Shown here piece by piece: positions 56,885 to 64,000 of a DNA stretch of 64,000 nt. Location: assembly GCA_963765205.1 (NCBI GenBank), contig CAVXVB010000004.1, forward strand, positions 192,001-256,000. Reading direction: 5' to 3'. The stretch is from an uncultured Verrucomicrobiae bacterium. Lineage in GTDB: Bacteria > Verrucomicrobiota > Verrucomicrobiia > Opitutales > JABDGR01. The stretch's first letter is position 1; every line of letters starts with the position of its first letter. The position numbers and the translations under genes are program-made. Below the pieces are notes generated by a model. That model was not told the DNA's origin. It did not search any database and saw only the letters and a program-made list of their open reading frames with translations.

Positions 56885-58171
56885 ATGTGGCCCTTCCTTG
56901 CTCTCCTCTGTGCCCTCGCCGCGGCGCTCCTTGCGTGGCGGCTGGACCAGTTGCGCCGGCGCTTGCGCGATTTGGCCGACGCGGCGGAGTCGCGCACCCC
57001 GAATTTTTTGGGCGGCGAGGATTCGCTCACCCGGCGCTACCACCTGGCGCGCCTGCAGCGCGCGCTCGATGAACTGGCGGCGGCGCACGCCAAATTGACC
57101 CGGCAGGAGCGGGGTTACCTTGCGCAGATTGACGCGCTGTTCGGCAACCTCCAGGAGGCCGTGCTGCTGGTGGACGGGAGCCAGCGGGTCGCGCTCGCCA
57201 ATGCCGCGGCGGCGGAATTGCTTGGCGCGGACAAAGTCGCGCCCGGTTCGCGCCTCGAGGGCGCCGTGCGCGGTGCGGGGCTGATTGATTATATCTATCG
57301 CACCTTGCGCGGGGAGGGCGTCCCGCGCGCGGAATTTTTGCTGCCCCTGGGCCGGGACCAGGCGCGCTGGGTCGAGATTTCCGGCGCGCCGCTGGCCGCC
57401 GCCGCGCCCGACGGTCAGAAACTCTGCCTCTTTGTGTTGCACGACATCACCCGGCTCAAGGACCTCGAGAATGTGCGCAAGGAATTCGTCGCCAACGTTT
57501 CGCACGAATTGCGCACACCGCTGACGGTGATCAAGGGCTTTGCCGAGGCGCTGGTCGAGGACGACGAGCGCCTGACCCGCGAGGAACGCCTGCGCTTTCT
57601 CGAAAAAATCCGGCGGCAGACGCACCGCCTGGTGGCGCTGGTGAACGATTTGCTCGCGCTCTCGCGGCTCGAAAGCGAGCCGCACCGGCTCGACTTGCGC
57701 CCGCAATCGCTGCGCGCCTTACTCGAGGAAACGGCGGCGGAATTCGCCGAGCGCTTCCGCGAGGCGCGCGTGGCGCTGGAGCTGGATCTGCGCCACACCG
57801 ACGATGTGCTGCCGCTCGACGCGCTAAAAATTTCCCAGGTTTTCCAAAACCTGTTCGACAATTGCTTCCGCTACGCGAAGGGCTTCACCCGCGTGCGCGT
57901 GCTCACCCGGCAGGAGGACGACTGCGTGCGCGTCACGGTCGAGGACAACGGCTGCGGCATCCCGCCGCTGGATGTGCCGCATATATTCGAGCGCTTTTAC
58001 CGCGTGGACAAGGGGCGCTCGCGAGAGAGCGGTGGCACCGGGCTGGGCCTTTCGATTGTAAAGCACACCGTGCAACTGCACGGCGGCGAAGCCACCTGCG
58101 AGAGCGAGGAACGGACGGGCACGCGCATCCATTTCACCCTGCCCGTGCCGAGGAAGAGTGCGGAATTATGA
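56885..58171 (+). CDS. PhoR-like PAS sensor histidine kinase
   Basis: EFVANVSHELRTPLT, NLFDN, DNGCGI, FERFYRVDKGRSRESGGTGLGL. Confidence 0.93.
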   Translation: MWPFLALLCALAAALLAWRLDQLRRRLRDLADAAESRTPNFLGGEDSLTRRYHLARLQRALDELAAAHAKLTRQERGYLAQIDALFGNLQEAVLLVDGSQRVALANAAAAELLGADKVAPGSRLEGAVRGAGLIDYIYRTLRGEGVPRAEFLLPLGRDQARWVEISGAPLAAAAPDGQKLCLFVLHDITRLKDLENVRKEFVANVSHELRTPLTVIKGFAEALVEDDERLTREERLRFLEKIRRQTHRLVALVNDLLALSRLESEPHRLDLRPQSLRALLEETAAEFAERFREARVALELDLRHTDDVLPLDALKISQVFQNLFDNCFRYAKGFTRVRVLTRQEDDCVRVTVEDNGCGIPPLDVPHIFERFYRVDKGRSRESGGTGLGLSIVKHTVQLHGGEATCESEERTGTRIHFTLPVPRKSAEL

Positions 58172-58259
58172 GTGCGGAATGCGGAATTTTGCGCGTGCGC
58201 TCAAATCAAGCGAATTTCCGAATTGAAATCGAGGTGGCTTTTATTCCGCACTCCGCATT

Positions 58260-59462
58260 TCACTTCGCAGCGGCATCCGCCGGGCTAGTCGCCGGCGTTG
58301 CAGGTGGGTTCGCCACCTCCGGCGCGGTGAGCATGATCGTCTGCACTTTGCTGGTGTCGGGATCCGTTATCTCCACTTTGTAGGAGGACCAGACCCAGGT
58401 GGGCCGGGGAAGGGGCGGCTGGCTGTCGTCGGATAATATGCGCGCCCAGGGAGCGTCGCCCAAGAGTTGGCCGTCGCTGCCCACGACAAGGGCGCGAATG
58501 GCGCTGAGCGTGCCCGAGGCGGGTGGGTCGGCGGGGACGACGCTGGCGCGGTAGAGGAGAACAGTGGGCTGGGTGGATGGTGCGCCGAGCGGGGTGCTGT
58601 AAAACGAGATTAGCTCCGGCGGCTCCGTGCCTTGCGTTTGCAGGGGCAGGGGGTCGGCATGGGCAATGCTCACACTCCATTGGGTGCCGGTTTGGATGAG
58701 TTTGACAAAGGCGTCGAGATTGTTGCGACCGGGGTTATCTTCGTTGGCTGGAATGTTGGTGATATGATTGGTGCCTTTGGGCGCGGGATTGCTCGGGGTA
58801 GGTAGCAATGCCGGATTGGCCAGTGGACCGGTGGATTTGTATTTGGGCACATTGTCCTGGGCGACGGCGGCCTTGGGGTCGAGAAAGCTTTGCGCGCCTG
58901 CGGCGGGATGGTAGGGAGTGTCGCCGGGGCCGCCAGTAAGGAAAGCGTGATAGTCCGCGTTTAACTGGACGATGGGAATGGGCGGGGGGCCGGGTTTACC
59001 GGGGGCCGGGGGCGCGTATCCATACAGCATGTATATCACGCTGCCGACTTTCAAATCGGTTTTAGTGCGCACCACCTCAAGAACCACGGCGCGAACAGCG
59101 ACCGCTTTCGCGTCTGGCCCGATGCTGTCGTCCCCGGCTTTGGCTGCCTGGGGATTGACCGCCGTGATGCGGATGACCACTTCCTCGGGCGCAAGGGCTT
59201 GGAGCGCCTTGTAATCCGCGGGGGTGACCACCGGACTGGGAGCAGTGACGGTCGTGTTGGCGCGAAAGACGGGCGGTTGGAGGACGGCGGAGGGCGTCGG
59301 GGCGTCAGCCGCCAGCAATGCAGGAGCGGGAGCCGCATGGAGCAGGACTTCACCACGCGGGATTATTTCTGCGTCAGCCGCGCGCGCGCAGGGTGCTCCG
59401 GCGAGAACTGCCAGCAAGGCCGCGCACGCGAATACCCGGGGGGCAAAGGGGAGGCTGGACAT
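58260..59462 (-). CDS. hypothetical exported Pro-rich protein
   Basis: Signal peptide ending CARA; downstream of lpoB. Confidence 0.7.
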   Translation of the reverse strand: MSSLPFAPRVFACAALLAVLAGAPCARAADAEIIPRGEVLLHAAPAPALLAADAPTPSAVLQPPVFRANTTVTAPSPVVTPADYKALQALAPEEVVIRITAVNPQAAKAGDDSIGPDAKAVAVRAVVLEVVRTKTDLKVGSVIYMLYGYAPPAPGKPGPPPIPIVQLNADYHAFLTGGPGDTPYHPAAGAQSFLDPKAAVAQDNVPKYKSTGPLANPALLPTPSNPAPKGTNHITNIPANEDNPGRNNLDAFVKLIQTGTQWSVSIAHADPLPLQTQGTEPPELISFYSTPLGAPSTQPTVLLYRASVVPADPPASGTLSAIRALVVGSDGQLLGDAPWARILSDDSQPPLPRPTWVWSSYKVEITDPDTSKVQTIMLTAPEVANPPATPATSPADAAAK

Positions 59463-59539
59463 GGAGGGTGGAATTAAGTCACTTGCTTTTAGTTGTGCAT
59501 TAACTCCACATTTCACACTCCACGCTCCACACTTCAACT

Positions 59540-60082
59540 TTACAGCCCGATGGATGCACCCCGGCCTTGCTTGACGATGGGGGCCTTTTGCTCCCAGACC
59601 GAGGTCCCCGTGCTGACATCGGTGACCGCGAGGTCGAAGAAGTAGGCGCTTTGGCTGATGTCGGCGGCGGCGGTTTTATCCATCATGATTTTCCCGGCTA
59701 TGATGTAGTCGGGGGCCACGCCGGCCACCGCGTTGGAAATAATCTGAACCTTGTCGGTTTGCAGCAGCGGGATGCGCACGCCGCTCATGAGCATATCGGT
59801 GTCGAATTGCTGGTCCGTGTCGTTGATGACTGTGGAGATGAGGACGAGGCTGGGCGCGCCGGGCCGCTTTTCGTTGAGCTTGCCGCTGTTGAGGAGGTCC
59901 TGGACGAGGCTCTTGGCCGCCATGTTGAAGTCTTGATAATTGATCCGGTCGGCGTTCACGATCATGCGTTGGCCGTTGGGGTCAATATAGCTCGAGTTGT
60001 TCGGCGGGCTGCCGCAACCGGCGAGCAGGAGCAGCACGGGAAGAAGGATGAGGGATGAGGGATGAAGGATGAAGCGGTTCAT
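59540..60082 (-). CDS. lpoB: penicillin-binding protein activator LpoB-like lipoprotein
   Basis: Lipobox LLAGC, YIDP, NDTDQQFDT, DYIIAGKI, TGTSVW; context with ycfL. Confidence 0.78.
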   Translation of the reverse strand: MNRFILHPSSLILLPVLLLLAGCGSPPNNSSYIDPNGQRMIVNADRINYQDFNMAAKSLVQDLLNSGKLNEKRPGAPSLVLISTVINDTDQQFDTDMLMSGVRIPLLQTDKVQIISNAVAGVAPDYIIAGKIMMDKTAAADISQSAYFFDLAVTDVSTGTSVWEQKAPIVKQGRGASIGL

Positions 60083-60213
60083 GGGAAGTGGAAGAATAAA
60101 GGATGAAGGATGAAGTTGAGGGCAAAGAGCGAAGGGTTTGGAGAAGAAATTCTGTCAAAAAAAACTCCCTTTGCGCTCTTGGCGTCTTGGCGGTGAATGA
60201 TAGGGGGGAGCGC

Positions 60214-60678
60214 CTACCGGACGCTGTTGGGGCCGGCGGGCGGCCCAAGGCCGGGCGTGTAGGCCACACTTTCGGAGAGCGTCAGCTTCCAATCCACGGC
60301 CTTGGGCGAGACGGCGGTGTCCTGAATGTCGCGCGAGTCGCCGCCTTCGATGACGACGACCTGCGTCGGCTCGTCATCGAGGGCGAAACCCTGGGCGTCG
60401 AACCATTGAAAGCGGTAATTGACGTTTTCCACTGCCGCCTTGAGGTTTTGCAATTTAACCTGGACGCGCGGCAGGCCGCCGGGGCTGAGCGCGCGATCCA
60501 CCTCTACCACATAGGCAATTTCGTTGAGGGTGTTATCGGTGATGACGCGCTTGTCGGCCACCCGGTCGGGCTGGGCCAGGGAGTTGGCCGGCTCGATGGT
60601 GTTGACGGACGCGCAGCCGGCTCCGGCCAAAAGCAACGCGGCCAGCGCGCCGGCTGGGAGAAGGGAACGGTTTTTCAT
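60214..60678 (-). CDS. YcfL/DUF1425-family lipoprotein
   Basis: Lipobox AGAGC, VNYRFQWFDAQGF, AVSPKAVDWKL. Confidence 0.82.
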   Translation of the reverse strand: MKNRSLLPAGALAALLLAGAGCASVNTIEPANSLAQPDRVADKRVITDNTLNEIAYVVEVDRALSPGGLPRVQVKLQNLKAAVENVNYRFQWFDAQGFALDDEPTQVVVIEGGDSRDIQDTAVSPKAVDWKLTLSESVAYTPGLGPPAGPNSVR

Positions 60679-60682
60679 AAGT

Positions 60683-62107
60683 TCAGCGGAGGGAAAATGT
60701 TTGGATCGCCAAGCGGCCGTAAGGTGAGGTGGATTTGACGTAAACCATGGTAACCGGGCTGTCGGGCAGGTCAACCTCAAGTGATTCCGCCGTGTCGGCG
60801 CGGGCCAGGTAGAGTTTGTGGTCGGCGGGGGCGAGGAGGCGGCAGAATTGGATTTGTTTGGGCAGCGTCTCCCAAGTGCGGGTGTCGGCGCGGTTGGTGG
60901 CAGCTTGGTAGATCACGCCGGAGATTTCGGTGAGGGCGCCCAGCAGGCTGTTGTTCCCTGCGGCGGTTTCGAGGCCGTATTCGGCGGCCGCCTTGGCCCC
61001 GGCGGAGATCAGGGTTTTGACCACGATATCGGGCAAATCGTTCCGAAATTCCTGCGCGATGACGGAATCCATGTCGCAGAGCAAAGTCGTGCGCAAAGGC
61101 GCACTACCCGCCGACTGCACGACCAAGCCGGGGTTGAACTGCCCGTTGATCTTCAACACCGGGAAGGCGACGCCAATGTAGGGCACGTTGCGCGAGACCA
61201 CAAAGAGCGGGATGTCAATGCGCGCCTCCAGGCGGTCGGGGGCCTCGCCGGTTTCGTAAATGATAAAGGTGAGCGGCGGGAGCTGCCCGCCGTTGGTCAT
61301 TTGCGTGGCGAGGTCGCAGTCGGCGTCAATGAACGCGTTGTGGCCGATCATGGCCTGTACGCGCGCAAAGTCCACGCGCGCGCTTTCATTGTCGCTGGCG
61401 GATTGCGGCCGGGCCAGCAGGCAGACCGCGCGCAGGTAGGTCGCCATCGGGTTCGCGTAATTGGTGTAATACTTGAGGTTGTCGAGCGGGCCGTAGTTTT
61501 GTTGCATCTGCGCCTGGACGCGCGGGTCGGCTTGGGCGCGGGCGGCGTCGTAGCCGTCGCCGTTCGAGCCGGACTCGGCGGCGGCCTTCTGCGCCGCCGC
61601 GATGCGCGCGGCGTTGTTGCGCTGGGCGACTTGCTGGCGGTCGAGCGCCCGGTTCAGTTCGACGCGCGCCTCGTCAAACTTGCCCAATTGGAGATAATTG
61701 AGCGCCTGGTAAACACTCTCCATGATCCGGTCGTAGTCGCGCCCGCGGTAGGGCATGACCGTCGGGTTGACGAGCAGCGACTCCGTCTCGCGCGAGATCG
61801 AAATCTCCGGCTGCGTGTCCCAGTAATCGAACAACCGGTCGGCGGCGCTGAAGGAGTTCATGCTCCCCGCGATGTCGCCGGCGGCGCGCGCGGTGGCCCC
61901 GGCCTCGAGGTCCCAGAGCACGGCGTCGGTGCCGGAGCTTTTCTGGGCGGCGTGCGCGGCGATTTGCGCCGCCTGCGGATACGCCCCCGCCGCCCAGTTG
62001 GCACGCAGACTCTGCGTCTCATCCGTGTAGGACGCGCACCCGGCCAGCAGCGCAATGGCCGCCAGCAAACCCAACCGGCTGAACAATAATGAGGAGCGAA
62101 ATTTCAT
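60683..62107 (-). CDS. COG3014-like lipoprotein
   Basis: Lipobox LLAGC, PYRGRDYD, ARVELNRA, ADTRTWETLP. Confidence 0.82.
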   Translation of the reverse strand: MKFRSSLLFSRLGLLAAIALLAGCASYTDETQSLRANWAAGAYPQAAQIAAHAAQKSSGTDAVLWDLEAGATARAAGDIAGSMNSFSAADRLFDYWDTQPEISISRETESLLVNPTVMPYRGRDYDRIMESVYQALNYLQLGKFDEARVELNRALDRQQVAQRNNAARIAAAQKAAAESGSNGDGYDAARAQADPRVQAQMQQNYGPLDNLKYYTNYANPMATYLRAVCLLARPQSASDNESARVDFARVQAMIGHNAFIDADCDLATQMTNGGQLPPLTFIIYETGEAPDRLEARIDIPLFVVSRNVPYIGVAFPVLKINGQFNPGLVVQSAGSAPLRTTLLCDMDSVIAQEFRNDLPDIVVKTLISAGAKAAAEYGLETAAGNNSLLGALTEISGVIYQAATNRADTRTWETLPKQIQFCRLLAPADHKLYLARADTAESLEVDLPDSPVTMVYVKSTSPYGRLAIQTFSLR

Positions 62108-62350
62108 AAGCCGACCATCAACATCCAATCCCGCAACGGCGGGAAACGCCCAACATTCAACATCGAATGAAGAAACCGAAATGACCGTCGGCGTCTTAAT
62201 TGGATGTTGGAAGTTCGATGTTGGGCGTTGGATGTTGTCATAGCGGTGTCTGGCTTTACTTACAAGCCGAAGCCTAGGCTGGTTTTCACGACCGCCAATC
62301 GGGTCGCGGGTTCCCTGCTTTTTTCGCTCCCACCACCATCGCCCGGTAGG

Positions 62351-63215
62351 TCATCCTTGGATGAAAAGGCCGCCAGCCATAAGGCCCAAGTCACGTCGGC
62401 CATAGAACAGGTTAGGGTATTTTTCGACCAACTCGTTAATGGCGGGGTCCTTTTTCATCGCGGCACGCACGGCGTCGTCGAGCGCTTGGAAGGCATCGCG
62501 GACTTTTTGCATGGCGGCTTGGGCGTCTTTGTCCTCCAGCGCGTCTTGATGGATATTATCCAGCACAAACATGGCGCGCATATCTTGCGCCTGTGCCTTG
62601 ATTCTCGGGTCATCACTCCTATCGAGCGCATCCAAATACTTTTAGTTGTTCGGCTTGGGCCTCGGCTCGCGAAAGGCTGGGGCCGGGAGTGCCGTTCATT
62701 CTGGTGACAACGAGGTGATCGCCGAGGCCGAACGGTTCGGGGTTTGGGTCGGGCCACAACAAGTCGCGACTGTTTTTGTCGGATTCAAGACTCCAGGTGG
62801 TGCCGTGCAGCACCTGGCTGACTTGGTATTGGCTCAGACGGTCTTTATACGCCGGATTATTGATCGCGGGGTTGCTGAACATCAGCGTGCGGACGAGGTC
62901 ATCCGCCGCTCCGAAACGCTCGTCGTAAGTTCTGGTGGCAATAACGACGTCCCGGTCCTTTTCCGCCGCGTCCCGTGCGGCCAGCAGCAGATTCTGTTCA
63001 TCGGACGTCGGCCGGGGCTGGTCGCCCAGCCATGGATTACTATCCCAAGAAGAATTCCGGCCTTGGACTGGGGCGCCCGCCGGAGCGGTGCTCACCGGCG
63101 CGGCTGGTGCCTGAGCGGGAGAAGTCGTCTGCCCGCGCGCGCTGGCCAAAGTGAGCAAAACTACGGCCACGAAAAGATGCCGCAGGGATTGGGTAAAGAC
63201 GGGAAGGGTTTTCAT
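62351..63215 (-). pseudogene. hypothetical exported protein apparently split by a +1 frameshift
   Basis: Signal-peptide ORF 62619-63215 joins ORF 62351-62635 (EQLKYLDALDRSDD) if one A is removed from the run at 62640-62643. Confidence 0.55.
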
Positions 63216-63375
63216 AATGGCGGGGTGCGTAGTGGGTTATAAACAATAGACGCTTCGGCAGAACAATTATTAGAGATTCTTTACCATCCATCTACATCGA
63301 ATAAGGATACCTACGGCATCCAATCGGCTTCTTAATTGGATGTTCGGTGTTGGGCGTTCGATGTTGGATGTTGTT

Positions 63376-63897
63376 TTAGGTGGTCGGCATCCACCGCGCA
63401 ATCCCTTCACCGGCCGTTTTCGCTTGCGCCAAGCGGGCGCGTAACTCGTCCCACGCCGGTCGGCGAAAGTGCGCGCTGCGGTCCAACAATTCCTGGAGCG
63501 GCGCGAGGACGAAGGCGCGCTCCCACATCCGGGGGTGCGGCAGTTCCAGCGCGGGGCCGGCGCGCGTTTCATTTTCGTAAAGGAGCAGGTCGAGATCCAA
63601 GGTGCGCGGGCCCCAGCGCGTTTCCTGGGCGCGATTGCGGCCCGCGGCGCGTTCGCGCGCGAGCAGAACTTCGAGCAGTTGCTCGGGCGTGAGCGTGGTC
63701 TCAAGGCCGATGACCAGATTCAAAAACAGCGGCTGGTCGGTGACGCCCACCGGCTGGGTCTCGAAAATCGCCGAGGCTTCGAGCGCGGTGACGCCCGGCG
63801 CGCGCCTGAGTTCCGCGAGGGCCGTGTGGATGGCCGCGGCGCGGTCGCCGAGGTTGGCCCCGACGCCGACGAAGGCCTGGCGAGTTGCCGATGACAT
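63376..63897 (-). CDS. folK: 2-amino-4-hydroxy-6-hydroxymethyldihydropteridine pyrophosphokinase
   Basis: GVGANLGDR, QPLFLN, RWGPRTLDLDLL, LPHPRMWERAFVLAPL. Confidence 0.96.
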   Translation of the reverse strand: MSSATRQAFVGVGANLGDRAAAIHTALAELRRAPGVTALEASAIFETQPVGVTDQPLFLNLVIGLETTLTPEQLLEVLLARERAAGRNRAQETRWGPRTLDLDLLLYENETRAGPALELPHPRMWERAFVLAPLQELLDRSAHFRRPAWDELRARLAQAKTAGEGIARWMPTT

Positions 63898-64000
63898 CGG
63901 TTTAGATGGTGGGTGCCAATGGGCGCCATCCGTGGCGCGGGGCTTTACCCCGCGCGTGGAATCGTGCCCGAAAAGAAGCGTGGACCGGCATAAGAGGGAG

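Noticed and set aside
515..63372. CRISPR array interpretation of the short repeats
   Set aside because: Units are 7-9 bp and directly tandem, with no unique 30-40 bp spacers and no cas genes.
63898..64000. THF or ZTP riboswitch upstream of folK
   Set aside because: Only one hairpin (gcgcgggg/ccccgcgc), no consensus motifs, and the window ends here.
1..64000. tRNA or rRNA genes
   Set aside because: No cloverleaf with a T-loop/CCA end and no rRNA-like stretch recognised in any intergenic region.

Overview
GC-rich bacterial chromosome segment, most likely Verrucomicrobiota/Opitutae-like (an inference from gene order, protein features and the lack of Shine-Dalgarno motifs). The centre (28.6-45.1 kb, minus strand) holds the S10-spc-alpha ribosomal protein cluster from rplC to rplQ. 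It lacks rpsJ, rpmD, adk, infA and rpmJ and has a secreted-protein gene inserted between rpsS and rplV. The flanks carry folate genes (folB, folP, folA, folK and a CADD/CT610-type pABA synthase next to folA), lexA, guaA, ruvB, clpP, a sugar ABC transporter, a PhoB/PhoR-like pair, a COG3014-ycfL-lpoB lipoprotein operon, chrA, a frameshifted moeB-rhodanese gene and one intact IS5-family element. The most striking unexplained structure is a set of roughly 30 elements made of tandem 7-, 8- or 9-mers, often as inverted arm pairs, sitting at gene junctions. One pair, directly after the guaA stop, encloses a four-helix-bundle gene and a PD-(D/E)xK-like nuclease gene. Another pair is inserted in frame in chrA, and other arms have become coding sequence (LpoB signal peptide, FolP C-terminus). 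All calls come from motif recognition by eye; no searches were run.
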